This document shows, piece by piece, positions 48,801-63,319 of a stretch of 64,000 nt of DNA (positions are counted from its first letter, which is position 1; the number at the start of each line of letters is the position of its first letter). The notes beneath the pieces were generated by a model, which worked only from the letters and a program-made list of their open reading frames with translations, had not been told where the DNA came from and searched no databases. The translations under genes and the position numbers were made by a program. Origin of the DNA: Octopus vulgaris (Eukaryota); NCBI GenBank assembly GCA_951406725.2, contig OX597833.1:71300001-71364000 (forward strand), read 5' to 3'.

Positions 48801-50412
48801 GATGTCAAGATAAGGACATACAGACACAGGGAGATATGGGTGGAGACACACACATATGCACACGCCCATAATTTTGATATTCTTCTTCTACTCGTTTCAG
48901 TCATTGAACTGTGGCCATGTTGAGGCACTTTCTGGAAGTGTTTAGTCAAACAAATACACACCCACACACACACAAGATGAGCTTCTTTCAGTTTCCATTT
49001 ACCAAATCTACTCCCAAGGCTATAGTAGAAAACACTTGCCTAGGATTGAACCCAAGACCACGTGGTTGGGAAACAGACTTGTTAACCAGACAGCCATCCA
49101 CACCTGCCCCAACTGATACATGTTTATGAAGCACTTCTGTACACTACGACACCTTTATGTGTTTTGAGAAATATTTATTTATTTATAATGGCTTCCATCT
49201 TTATTGAGGACACTTTTAATTTTTCCGTTTGACAATAGCAAAGCATTTAGTGCAGAGTTTGGTTTTATTGACACGGATAACATTCGGAATAATGACCTGC
49301 TGACTCAGTCTCATTTCCATTTAGATTCCAATGCATCAGAATCATATTTTAGAACAATCACAACGGCTCTCGTGTTGTTAACATTTCCCCACTGACAAAC
49401 GTTGTTTATGTGACAAACACAAGTCTATGTCTGGGCAAATTTATACTCATTTTAATGTATACCTGTCTGCCAGAAGTAATAACAGGATCTCCTAAAATTG
49501 GAACATATTACCATTACAAAATGAAGGACATAGAAAGACAAAGTGGAGAACGTAAGCCTAAAAATAAAAAGGAGAGTGACACAACGGTTGGAACTAATCT
49601 GCCTGAGGTGGTTCCAGTTTTTAGGACAAACTTCGTTTCAAAGCGATTTCAACAGAAGCCTTCGTACAAATAATCTTCATGGTAATTTGTTCCAAACACC
49701 AGCTTAGTAGTGACAATTTTACTAAAATCTTAATTATTTTCAAAATTAATTGGAACTAACACAGTGTTTTTCAATAGTAAAATGGTAACAAAAGGGTTTA
49801 ATGTCTTAGAGCTGAGATAAAACTGGAAAATCTATGGCAAACGACAATATGTATCAGGGCTCCCTTATTTAGTGACGTCACACATTTGTACAAAGATATT
49901 GCATCCAGGTTTCAATTATTACAATGAACATACTTGGACAGCTGGGCCACACTGGGCCATTTGTAAACATACTGTGTCTCAACAAACGAGGCATGCTGAC
50001 TGCTTCAAGGATAATTGGAGATTATTTCTAGATAACAGGAACACATTGATAATTTCTGAACAACTGGACATACGGACAATTTTGGGACAATTTGACACAC
50101 TGAAGACTTCTGTGTGATCCCATGGATTTTACACGGATCTAAATAAAAGTAATCACCGCAATAATACCTCTATTTGAAATACACACACACACACATAACC
50201 ATCATCATAGTTCATGATTGTTTTAATGTCCACTTGACTATCTGAGTTGTAATAATGAAGTCAGAGCAAAGAGCGACATTTTGAAATCATTTAATAATGT
50301 ATGTTTCAGGCCTGCATCCATTGCACTCAGTTGAGACAATTCTTAGTGTAACATGAAATACATCATCATCATCACCACCATCGCCGCCGCTGCCACCACC
50401 ACCACCACCACC

Positions 50413-50444
<32 letters not shown>

Positions 50445-51139
50445 ATGGTGTCCATTTTCCACGCTGGCATTGGTTGGATGGTTTGATTGAAACTGCTAAG
50501 CCCAAGAGCTGTACCAGATTCCAGTCTGATTACGGTTTCGTTTCTACAGCTGGATGTCCTTCCTGAAGCCAACCACTCCAAGAGTGTAGTGGGTGCCTTC
50601 TACGTGTCACCAGATACACACACACAAACACAGACACACACACATGAGTCATAGGATTGATCCGAATGTAGGCTGATCAACATGCAGGATGCCTGAAACG
50701 GCAAGGTACAATAACATGGAGTTCACAGGTAAAACAACCATGAAGGTACCAGGTATTGGTAGGATACTGTAGATAGGTAAGTACCAAATGCAATTCAAAG
50801 CAGAGATCCAACTCTAGGCCGATTCTAAATATGGTGTGTGTCCTTTTATGTGTCTGTGGTTTAGAGAGAGACCATAGGAGCTCGTGAGTGCACTCCACTG
50901 CTTGACTCCAAAGTCAGAGTGTTGAGAAAGCAAGACATTTATCTCTCCTGGGACAGGCACCAGTTTATTGCAGGTAACATTACTTGAATATTAGGTGATA
51001 CAAATTAACGACGGCCAGGTGAAGTGGTGTGTGTGTGTGTGTGTGTGTGCACAGTAGGGATATAGAGGGCTGGAGAATTTTACTGCTCAAAGATATGACA
51101 AAAGTCTAGAGCAGATATGAAACCACCGGCATAAAAAGA

Positions 51140-51184
<45 letters not shown>

Positions 51185-51187
<3 letters not shown>

Positions 51188-51382
51188 TGGATCGTTAGCC
51201 CCTACACGCAATTTTTTTCTCTCCTTGTTTTTTTTTCTGTGTATCTTTCTGTCGAAGAGCGTAGGCTCGAAACGTAAAAGACTTGTTTTATTTCTATTCC
51301 TGAGCGCCATACTAATACAATTGTTTGTTTGTACTCCACCTGCCTTCGTCTTTTGTTTATTTTCGTAAACCTTCCCGTTATC

Positions 51383-51385
<3 letters not shown>
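51185..51385 (+). mobile_element. Short Penelope-like element in (TA)n with a variant hammerhead motif at 51244-51281
   Basis: TCTTT-CTGTCGA-A-GAGC GTAG GCTC-GAAA-CG-TA-AAAGA, with long (TA)n on both sides. A related inverted copy lies at 52075-52250. Confidence 0.55.
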
Positions 51386-51447
<62 letters not shown>

Positions 51448-52074
51448 TTGAAGTAGCACCATGGTGATGCATGAAGTATGTACTGTAGCGCCATCTTGCT
51501 GAAAATATGCATTATTAATTTCCCTTTCAGTGAGTTGACCTACAAATGGATGGACAATATTTGAGCAATATCTCTCTCGGGGTTGATGGTGTCTTCAAAA
51601 AATATCGGTCCTACAATTCACTGCGGAGACTTTCTGAACACCGTGTATAAAGGAATGTTATTTCCACACCCATCCTCACACACACACACACACACACCAA
51701 AGATAAAAATGTTGATAACAAATGTAAACAATAACCAACACAAAAAACATTGACTTAAATCACCTCAGCACAGCATAAACTGGCCTTTTTAATCCTGGCT
51801 GCAGTTTTATCGTAAAATGTCAACAAGAAAGCAAAAGAGAATGAGGGAAAGAAAAAAAACCCAGTTGCCATTGTTGGTTTTGTTTTGGTTTCAAAGCCAT
51901 GTGGCTGAGAAGTCTGCTGCTTGGCAAGCACATGCGGGCACGTGTGTGTGTGTGTGTGTGTGTAGGTTTGGTAATGCAAACAGGAAAGTAGAATGCAAAT
52001 GTGGATATATATATATTGATGATGATGATATATATATATAGTTAATCCAAACAAGAAAACAAAAAAAAAGACAA

Positions 52075-52250
52075 CAACGCAAGGACGTGGAACAAATATA
52101 GTATTATTGGACGCTCAGGAAAGAAGGAAAGAAGGAGGGTCTAACGCTTTCGAGCGGAGCTCTTCGTCGGAAACATAGGAGAAGGAAAGATCCCGAGAAG
52201 GAAACACAGAGGAAAAAAATCGCCAGTGGTACTCACGAGGTCACATACTG
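52075..52250 (-). mobile_element. Short Penelope-like element with a variant hammerhead motif at 52139-52174
   Basis: The minus strand reads GTTT-CCGACGA-A-GAGC TCC GCTC-GAAA-GCG-TT-AGAC. It shares ttcctgagcg...taatac with the 51185 element. Confidence 0.55.
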
Positions 52251-52260
52251 ATATATATAT

Positions 52261-52296
<36 letters not shown>

Positions 52297-53763
52297 ATAC
52301 ACACATATATATATATTTTCTTTTATTATGAATAAAAACTTCTGCAAATTATTAATAATAAACACGACACCGCTGACCAAACATCTGGGATATTCACAGG
52401 TAAGTTGACAAGAGATCCAGTAATTCTTACATTCTAATGAAACACACTGCCTTCATCATCATCACCACCATCATCATCCTCATTTAATATCCGTTTTCCG
52501 TACTGGCATGGGTTGAGCACTTTGACAAGAGCAGGCAAACTGCAGAGCTGTCCCAGGCTCCAATTGTCTGTTTTGGCATAGTTTCTACTGCTGGATGCCC
52601 TTCCTAATGCCAACCACTTTACAGAGTGGCACTGGGTGCTTTTTACCTGGCACCAGCACCAGAGCTTTTTCTTGTGGCCCTTCATTTCAATTAATTTTGA
52701 AAATAATGAAAGATTTAATAAAACAACTGACTTTTCTAATCTGGAGTTTAGAATATAAATTAAGGTGAAACTGTGATGGAGGTTTTTAATTTAGAAGAGA
52801 AAATTTGTGTTGTAGAACCAAGGACAATCTCAGGCTGGTTTGGTACCAAAAGGGTTAAGTATGTGTGTGCGAATTTGATTTCACAAATGGGACACAAATG
52901 TACTCAATACATACCATAGAGTATAAGACTTTGGAAAATGGAAATGTGAACTTTGTCTTAGCAACAGAAAGAAGTCTTAGACTTTAATAAGAAATGAATC
53001 TCTTTTATCTTTCACTGGTTTCAGTCATTAGACTGTGGCCATACTGGGGCACTGTATCGAACAGTTTAGCTGAAACACATCGACAGTTTCTGTCTACTGA
53101 GTTCACTCAAGAAAAGCAAGGCTGACCCCGGCTGGATTTGAACTCAGACGGTAGAGATCCATAACGATATACTGTGGGGTAATCCATCACAGTTGTGATG
53201 ATGATGATGATGATGACTTCTGTTATTTGCCAAAGGATGATGGGTGAGAGTCCATTGAAAGGAAAGGGACAGATTACAAAAACAATGATGATGATGATGA
53301 TGATAAGGATGAAAGACAAAGTTGACCCTGATAGGATTTGAACTCAGAACGTAAAGAGATACGACAAATACTTGCAAGACCAATGCTCTGATGATTCCCC
53401 ACAACCCCATCACCCGACCCCTAATAATGTTTAATAAGCCTGACATCTTAGATTTCTGTAATGAGGGAAAAAAAAGTGAGAAATTGTGTCAGACTTGACT
53501 TTGTTTAGACAAACAAACGGATTAAGTGAAGCAATTGTAATTGAGAGAGAGAGGGAGGGAGGGAGAGAGAGAGGTGGAGAAAGAAAGAGAGATGGAAAAA
53601 GCAAAAAAAACAACAAAAAAAACCAGGTCAGGTAATCTTAGTCTTGGTTTTTCAATAACTTACGAAGAAAAAAAAAAGAAAGAAATACCATTAAACCTGC
53701 AACACCACAATACTACTACTATTGATATCACTGATGATGATGATGATAATGATGATGATGATG

Positions 53764-53802
<39 letters not shown>

Positions 53803-53859
53803 TTAATGATAATAATAATAATAATTAGCTGGACCCATGAAAAATTCATGGAAAACTAT

Positions 53860-54061
53860 AGGCACAAAGCCTGAAAGTTGGTGGGTGGAGGCCAGTCGAT
53901 TAGATTGACCCCCAGTGTTTCACTGGTACTTAATTTATTGACCCCGAAAAGGATGAAAGGCAAAGTCAACCTCAGTGGAATTTGAACTCAGAACGTAAAG
54001 ACAGATGAAATGCAGCTGAGCATTCAGCCCAGTGTGCCAACGACTCTACCAGCTCACTGCC

Positions 54062-54062
<1 letters not shown>
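53860..54062 (-). mobile_element. Short tRNA-derived SINE (family 2)
   Basis: Same family; its head abuts the (TAA)n tract at 54062. Confidence 0.75.
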
Positions 54063-54104
<42 letters not shown>

Positions 54105-54105
<1 letters not shown>

Positions 54106-54491
54106 TTGACAAGCTCAGAAAATATAAAGACCTGCTCATTGAAATTGAGAAAATGTGGCATCTCAAGGCGGTTACAATACCAGTGATCGTAGGAGCACTA
54201 GGAATGATCAAGAAGGGAACCAAAAATTATATGAGAATGATCCCTGGCTTACCATCCCTGCAAGAAGTGCAAAAGATTGTCTTAACTGGTACATCACACG
54301 TATTGAGAAGAGCATTGTCGATGTGAGAACTATTACTACCCATGTATATTAATTTAACTTTATTTCTATAAAAAAAAAAAGTGAGTTTAGTTTAATGGCC
54401 TACCAATGTATACAATGAGTTTCTTTGCCCTAGGAGTCGGGAAGACACTCGGCAAGAAATGGAAGCAAATTTGAAAGAAGAAGAAAAACCC

Positions 54492-54492
<1 letters not shown>
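54105..54492 (+). mobile_element. Dong/R4-clade non-LTR retrotransposon 3' end inserted in (TAA)n
   Basis: 54105-54326 encodes FDKLRKYKDLLIEIEKMWHLKAVTIPVIVGALGMIKKGT...LQEVQKIVLTGTSHVLRRALSM* (RLE K..KY..L...PVIVGALG motif). (TAA)n lies on both sides. Confidence 0.85.
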
Positions 54493-54529
<37 letters not shown>

Positions 54530-54587
54530 TGCCTCAAATTTTGGCACAAGGCCAGCAATTTCAGGAGGAAAGAGTTAGTTGATTATA

Positions 54588-54699
54588 CAGGGTGATTCAA
54601 AAGTCACCATACATAGGAAAAATTTAATTTTTTTTAAAAACTGTTTCTTATAAAAAAAAAATAATTGTTCTTATGTATGGTGACTTTTGAATCCCCCTG
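54588..54699. mobile_element. Tc1/mariner-type MITE
   Basis: TA|CAGGGTGATTCAAAAGTCACCATACATA ... TATGTATGGTGACTTTTGAATCCCCCTG|TA, with ~30-bp TIRs, inserted in a SINE family 2 copy. Confidence 0.8.
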
Positions 54700-54824
54700 T
54701 ATTGATCCCAGTACGCAACTGGTACTTTATTTTGTTGATCCTGATGGAATAAAAGGCAAAGTGAGCGTTAAAAAAAGATGATGATGAGATATAACGAGTT
54801 TTACGAGAAAATTTGATTGTGTAT

Positions 54825-55194
54825 AGGCGTAGGAGTGGCTGTGTGGTAAGTAGCTTGCTAACCAACAACATGGTTCGGGGTTCAGTCCCACTGCATGGCA
54901 CCTTGGCCAAGTGTCTTCTGCTATAGCCCTGGGCCGACCAAAGCCTTGTGAGTGGATTTGGTAGACGGAAACTGAAAGAAGCCTGTAGTATATATGTATA
55001 TGTATGAGTGTGGTTGTGTGACAACCGATGGTGGTGTGTTTACGTCCCCGTAAGTTAGCGGTTCGGCAAAAGAGACCGATAGAATAAGTACAGAGCTTAC
55101 AAAGAGTGAGTCCCGGGGTCGATTTGCTTGACTAAAGGCGGTGCTCCAACATGGCCGCAGTCAAATGACTGAAACAAGTAAAAGAGTAAAGAGT
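54825..55194 (+). mobile_element. SINE family 1
   Basis: Full head and tail with a (taaagag)n end. An older tandem copy follows at ~55284-55648 (+) and an inverted copy at ~55838-56118 (-). Confidence 0.85.
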
Positions 55195-56744
55195 GATGGT
55201 CTCTAATTATCAACCGATTGGATTTTGCTAATGTTGTAAACCAAACAGAAAATAGGGGAAAAAATTCTTTAATAAAAAATCATAGGTGTGGTTGTGTGGC
55301 AAGAAGCTTGCTTCCCAATCAAATGGTTTTGGGTTCAGTCCCACTGTGTGACACCTTGGGCAAGTATCTTCTATTATAGCCCCAGGCTGACCAAAGCCTT
55401 GTGAGTGGATTTCGTAGATGGAAAGTAAACGAAGCCTGTCGTGCATTTATCAGTGTTTGTCCCCTACCACCACTTAATAACTGGTGCTGGTGTGTTTACG
55501 ACCCCATAACTTAGTGGTTTGGCAAAAGAGACTGATTAAAAAAGTACTAGGCTTTTTAAAAAAACAAACAAATGGGGTCAATTTGTTCAACTAAAATTCT
55601 TCAAGGTGATGCTCCAGCATGGCCTCAGACTAATGACTGAAAGAAAAGACGACAGATATCTCACAGGCTTCTACACAGTTTCCATTTATCAAAATATAAT
55701 TCCTGTTGGTCAACTCCAGATAGAAGACACTTGTCACCAAGATAAGACCCTCGACAAAATCTTAGTGATGAGACATTCTTAACCAAGCAGTCAGGCGAGA
55801 ACCCATGCGAAACAATGGAATATGAAAGCAGCTTTTGTTCTTTTACTTGTTTCAGTCAATAGACTGTGGCCATGCTGGGGCAGTGCCTCGAAGAATTTTT
55901 GGCTGAAAAAAATCGACCCCAGCACTTAATTTTTTAAAAACCTGGTACTTATTCCACCAGTTTCTTTTGTCAAACTGCTAAGTTACTGAGACATAAACAC
56001 AGCAACAATATACATACTACAGGCTTTTTCAGTTTCCACCTACCAAATACACTAAGAAAGCTTTCATCAGTCCAAGGCTGTAGTAGAAGACATTTGCCCA
56101 ATGTGCTATGCAGTGGGAAGAAGAAAAAGAAAACCATGATTTTCTTTAATTATTTCAATTCCAGCACAAAACATTAGCCATAATTCAGAGCTAAATACCA
56201 TCGAAAAGAGATTAGAAAAGATGAGGAATGAGAAAGAAGATAATAAAAATTTATTCAGAAAATTCTGGCAAAAAACAGAATCAGATGAGATGAAGAAAAG
56301 TCACAGAAAAAACCAAATAACATTTTCAGAAAATGAAAAAGAAAAAAAAGAAGAAAGAAGTTTGACATCCATCGAAAGAAGATGCTGGATAAATTTGAGA
56401 AAGAAACGTGAAGGAAAAGAGAAGAAACCTGATCGAATTGAGTCATAATTTATTTGATGAAGTGAAAGAAAAATATATAAATAAAAAACCAAACAACCCA
56501 AAAATGGCATTTAAAAAGAAGAACGGAATAAGACAAACATAAAACAACTGGAATACACACCAGGATATGACAAAATCCAAAACTTGCAACTGAAGAATTT
56601 AATTTACCAGCAAACCAATGACATATTGGTGAAGTTGTTAGAGAGTCAAAGGGAATGGCAGAAGGATTGGCAGCATTAAGTAATACCTGTTCTGGTTGTT
56701 TAAGACCTAAGTACCAAGGTAAAGGTGTGGCAAGGTGCACTTAC

Positions 56745-57102
56745 CTGCTACCATGTCAACAAAATGAGGACTTGAAAACAACCCCTGAGGGAAGGGCGCA
56801 TTTGTTTTTTTACTCTCCCACGAAAATTCCATGCCACAAACATTCTGTTTGTCATGGAAGCCACATTGTATGCATGTGTATGTGTGCATTGAGGAGGGAG
56901 GGTCCTTGACCAGATGGAATAAGGATGGATTAAATTAGAACGGAAACTAGTACCCCTATGACGTGTGTACATATAACACAATTTTGGAAACAATTCAGAT
57001 AATAAAGTTCAGCAGCAAACCAAACAAACTCTACCAACATAAGCCAGAGATGGAACTTTTAAGTGGCCACTCTTCTTGCTAGAAACTGCAACTAAATTCC
57101 CC
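56745..57102 (-). other. Candidate 358-nt leader exon
   Basis: Perfect donor CAG|GTAAGT at 56745/56744 and acceptor TGTGTGTGTTTTCAG| at 57103. The exon ends in GACATGGTAGCAG, with an ATG 10 nt before the donor. Confidence 0.45.
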
Positions 57103-58801
57103 CTGAAAACACACACAACAACATGGTGAATAATGTGGTCCTAAGTTCCTTGAACACAGAAATGCAATGGAGTGAATACAGTCGGAATGGCTTTGATCAA
57201 AAATTCTCCCAACCACGACAGACCTGGGACTAAACAACAACAACAGGCCTCCATTAATTATACTGCAGGACATTTGAGAAGTTGTTGCTGTTTAACCCCT
57301 GGTCAGCTGTGACTAAGGAGTCCCATGGTCAAAGAAATTCCAACCATGAATATAATGTTCTTTTAAGTTTATTCTTCTCCAGTCATTATGTATCTAAGAC
57401 TACATGATACAATGTGTTCTTCAGCTTCAAAGACAGTAGGGTGAGGTTTGAGAAAGATCTGATGGTCAAATAACCATGTAAAGACTCCTGGGGTGAACTT
57501 AATACAGTTGTCACAACAGGATTGAATTTCTCAATTTTAACAAATAGAAACACTTTTTTTTTCTTTTTAATTGTCTGAGACCAGAAGAAATCTTTCACCT
57601 CAGAATCAACCAAAGAAACAAAATATATTTGTAGTGACAGATTTCAATCTTTTTTTTTTTTTTACCATTTTTCTGTTGAATTACACTTTCTTTGTTTCAA
57701 TTAATTTTGAGAATAACGAAGAACTTAGTAAAATAATTTTGTCATTATTAATTAAACTGTTGTTTGGAACATAAATCCACATGAAATTTTGGAGCAAAGT
57801 TTTAATTTAGGTGATTTTAAAATGGGAACCTTTTATCATAGAACCAAGGGTGGTTTCAAGCAGGTTGCTACTAAAACTATAGCAAATAATGTGAAAGAAA
57901 GAACGAAAGAAAGAAAGAAAGGCGATAAGAAGGTGGGAAAAGAAAAATACAAATAAAAATAAGAAAAACTAGAGAAATATGAAAAAGAAACAAAGAGAAA
58001 AAAATAAGTAAAAAATAAAGAAAGAAAGAAGAAAGAAAGCAGAAAATGAAAAAAGTGAAAGGAGAGGAAGACACCAGCACTGACTATTAATGCAACAAAG
58101 GCCATCCTTGGATTTTCGTTTTATGGGGTCACTGGACTTTTTTTTTTAAAGGGACTGAAGATTAGGTTTGGTTGCAACACAAAGGATTTGAGAAAAGATA
58201 CCCAAAAGTGAGGTGGTGGGTGTTAAGTCTACACAGCAGTTAAAATTCCCTTCCAAATTATATCTTACCACCTTAACAAAAACAAAAAAAGACACATTAG
58301 ATAATGTAGTCCTAGGTGCACCATGCCTGAATAAAAGCTAAGATTATCACATCTAGAATACTTCTGACCATAGGTCAAGCTGGATCACGGCAAACCTAGA
58401 ATTGACTAAAAAATTTTCCAGGGCCAGATGGAATCTGTTGAGGCAGATTTTCTAAAGCTGGATGCTCTCACTGTTGCCAACACAAACCTGTTTCCATGCA
58501 AAGGGAACACTTCTCCCATTGCCAGACAGGTTTTTCACAGAAGACCAGAAGCAAGTACACTGCCTCGTTTACAACCATCATGTGATGTTAAGACAAGCGT
58601 ATACAGGCACCCACACACACAGGGCTTCTTCCAGTTTCCATCAACCAAATCCATTCACAAGGCTTTGGTTGACCTGGAGCTATAGAAGACACTTGTCCAA
58701 GGTGCTGCACAGTGGGACAGAACCTGAAACCACGTGATTAGGAAGTATGTTTACCACAGGGCCACACCAAGAATCTACAATTAGAACAGTTATGAGCAGT
58801 T

Positions 58802-59012
58802 ACTCTTTTACTCTTTTACTTGTTTCAGTCATTTGACTGCGGCCATGCTGGAGCACCACCTTTAATCGAGCAACTCAACCCCGAGACTTATTCTTTTGTA
58901 AGCCCAGTACTTATTTTATCGGTCTCTTTTACCGAACCGCTAAGTAACGGGGACAGAAACACACCAGCATCGGTTGTCAAGCAATGCTAGAGAGACAAAC
59001 ACAGACACACAA

Positions 59013-59047
<35 letters not shown>

Positions 59048-59221
59048 CATATATACGATGGGCTTCTTTTCAGTTTCCGTCTACCAAATCCACTCACAAG
59101 GCTTTGGTCGGCCCGAGGCTATAGTAGAAGACACTTGCCCAAGGTGCCACGCAGTGGGACTGAACCCGGAACCATGTGGTTAGTAAACAAGCTACTTACC
59201 ACTCAGCCACTCCTGCGCCTA
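58802..59221 (-). mobile_element. SINE family 1, full length
   Basis: Near-identical to 28273-28680. Confidence 0.88.
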
Positions 59222-59434
59222 TAAAGTTGTTGTATAAAAGAAAACAAAAAAAAAGCGGATGTTATTTTTAAGGGTTAAAAACACTGAACGCAAGAACACA
59301 GAAGAAGAATTATGTTGGCAAACTGACTTTGTTTTAAAGTAGAAAAGATCCCATTAAACCTACATAAAGTCTAGATTAGTTTGCCAGCCGAATCAGCTAA
59401 ACACTCACTCACCAGTGAAAAACTGTTTTGTTTT

Positions 59435-60075
<641 letters not shown>

Positions 60076-60855
60076 CTGCATGCCACCTAGACTCTCAATG
60101 TTTGGCAAGAAGATAACTGCTAATTAGCATTTAAGTCTGCCCACCACAATAACTGTTACCGTTACCACCACCACCACCACCACCACCACTGCTGCCACCA
60201 CCACCACCACCACTGCAACGACCAACTCCCAGTAACAACAACATCATACACACCTGATGTGAAGAGCAGGTGGACAGACTAAGAGAGCCAAGGAGGCAGT
60301 GGGAGGGAGGGACGGGGTGAGGGGGAATTCATTGAAGTGAGGTTTACAAAAGTATTGGGAAGGATGGAAAAAATTACAAAAAATATAAAAAAAGAGAAAA
60401 AAAAGAAAGGGAGGCCCAGGAGCCAGACTCTATATTTAGAGCATCCATTCTGAAAACCTTGGGGCTTATCTACCTGACTAAACACTGCTTTTCTCCTTCG
60501 TTCATTCACTGAATGCTTGCTTTCTCAGCACATTGTCCCCACACACAATCCTGTCATCAAATGTCCCCTTCACATTCACAAAACCACAACCACACAATGG
60601 AGGGGACCTTCAGCTTGGTGGGGCTGCTTACTTCACCACCACCTAGTTACCTTTTTCCTTTCTTTTTTTTAATTTCTTTTCAAACAAAAAAAACAAAACA
60701 TTCCTCTACCTCGCATTGCATCAAAATCCACAATGGCCAGGAAGGAGCCTCAATGAAATCCACTAAACTAGCTAGAAATAGCAGCCAAGCCTCACTCAAA
60801 CCACATCCTGAAATGGACACATTAAATAATGAGTCTCCGGATTTCATGCATGTAT

Positions 60856-61250
60856 AGGTGCAGGAGTGGCTGTGTGGTAAGTAGCTTGTTTACCAACCAC
60901 ATGGTTCCGGGTTCAGTCCCACTGCGTGGCACCTTGGGCAAGTGTCTTCTACTATAAGCCTCGGGCCGACCAAAGCCTTGAGAGTGGATTTGGTAGACGG
61001 AAACTGAAAGAAGCCTGTCGTATATATGTATATATATGTATATGTGTGTGCGTGTATGTTTGTGTTTGTCCCCCTAGCATTGCTTGACAACCGATGCTGG
61101 TGTGTTTATGTCCCCGTTACTTAGTAGTTCGGCAAAAGAGACCGATAGAATAAGTACTGGGCTTACAAAGAATAAGTCCCGGGGTCGAGTTGCTCGATTA
61201 AAGGCGGTGCTCCAGCATGGCCGCAGCCAAATGACTGAAACAAGTAAAAG
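60856..61250 (+). mobile_element. SINE family 1, full length
   Basis: Near-identical to 7324-7730, and inverted relative to 58802-59221. Confidence 0.88.
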
Positions 61251-63319
61251 AACATGAGTAAGGGACAGAGGCTTATGTTGTTACTCAACCTATTAATAGC
61301 AGCCAAACCTCCCTCAAACAACACCAGACATGTTGAAAGTTTCAAAGACAATTGATGGACCTGTTCAATCGCCAAGTTCTATCCAAGAGATTGGAAACGG
61401 CCATTGGAAGGTCTTTGTGAGAATGGGAAGAAGATTTAGTGAAACAATTTGGGGCCAAAACGGAGGAGGTTGGCACGATGAAGAAAGAGGGAGAAGTGAA
61501 TTGAGACGAGCGATGGATAAAAGCATCCAAGAGTCTGGCTGATCCAGTGATACAGAGATCCTAGGATCACTCGTGGCTGTAATGCCTTTCTTCATAAGTC
61601 TGTGGGATCAAGCCCCAGCTGGGGCTAAACAACAACGATTGTGTAGTATATGAGCCAAGAAGGAAGCCTCCACACAGCAGCTTAGTCTGCTAGAAATAGC
61701 AATGAAATCACCCTAAAATCAAGCTCTACTGTCTTAAAAGAGGAAGGACACATTGGACATTGTACTCTACAGACATATATATATATATATATATATAAAG
61801 GTAGGGCAGAATCAATGTCTTTGATCATACACCCTTTGATGTAGGTCTGACTTGGGGCCAAACCAGCACCAGCACCACTATTTCAGTTGTAAATTCTACA
61901 TCTGAACTTCATAGGGTTGTTTCAGCCATTTGAGAGAGAGAGGGGGGGACGAAGAGCGAGAGAGAGAGAGAAAGAGAAAGAGGGAGAGGAAATGGAAGAG
62001 GAAAGAGGAAGGAAGTGTGTGTGAGAGAGAGAAAGAGAGCCAGAGACTTCTTTCTAATTTTCTCTTCTTAATAGCATTAAATATTGATTTATTAGCGAGA
62101 CACAATGGTGTAGAAGCAGTGGAGGGAGACAATGGATTCTGTACTCCTTAAAATCGATAGGAGTTGGGTGTAAAGACTGGAATGCCTTTGATCATAAGGG
62201 GTCTACTGAATCATGGCTGACTTGAGGGCCAAACAACAACAACAACAAAGACCCAACAAAGTTACATGTTACTCGCCTTAAAATGCCCTCAGCCCTCACA
62301 GTTTAGGGAGGGATTTTAATTCTAACCATCTTGGTACCATATTTCTGTGGAAGCACACTGCTTTTGTTCCAGTTTATCCGAATAATCTTGACTTTAAAAT
62401 CTGGTCTTTGGATTAACCTGGAATTTCGATGGAAGGTTTTCGTTTAGATCCTTTTAAAACAGAAAATTTGTACCACAGAACCAAAGAGGTGGTTCCAGAT
62501 GGGTCGGTATGAAAAGGGCTATGTGAAGAAGTGTGAATAGAGCCTTTCCAAGGGCTCACAAAACCAATTCCTATATTTTGAGAAGAACCCCTGTCATTAA
62601 AGAAAACATTAATTGGGATGATAATTTATTCGTAATTAAAAAAAACATAGAGTAACCTATTATTTTGAAAATGGTGAACCGTATTTTGGTTTTAAATGGA
62701 ATAAATATTTAGTCTCATTGAAAGACATTTTATCTTGCAGAACCTCAGAAATCTTTTCACAGAACCTTGAGGCAATGAAATGGTTTTTGAGTAGAATACA
62801 AGAAGAGAAATAAAAGCAAGAATTATCAGGAAGAACACTAGTCATTCAGAGGGAGACCGAATTAGGGGCTGCCATATAATCACTTGCCCTTCTAAAAATA
62901 GCAACCAAATCTCCCTTAAATCACACTTTGTTGTTTTATTTTAAGGGACATATTGAATAATGAAGTCCAGAATACATGGTGCCTAAGCAAAAATAATAAT
63001 AATAAAAGTACACTCTGTAAAGGGGTTGGCATTAGGAAGGGCATCCAGTCATGGAAACTATGCTCTCTGACTTGCCAGCTGCAGTCAAACCATCCGACCC
63101 ATGCCGACATGGAAAACAGATGTAAGATGATGATGATGAGTGAATTCTGAAACTATCAGAGACAGCAAAATAAATAAATAAAAAGGAATCTCCACTTTGT
63201 CTGTTGTTGTTGCTGTCACTGTTTGGTGCAGCCTTGGAATGTTTACCTCAAGGAAAGCTTTTAAGATTTGAAGATCTCACTGCAGTGAGATCTTATCTCT
63301 CGTGGTAACCGATCAGAAA

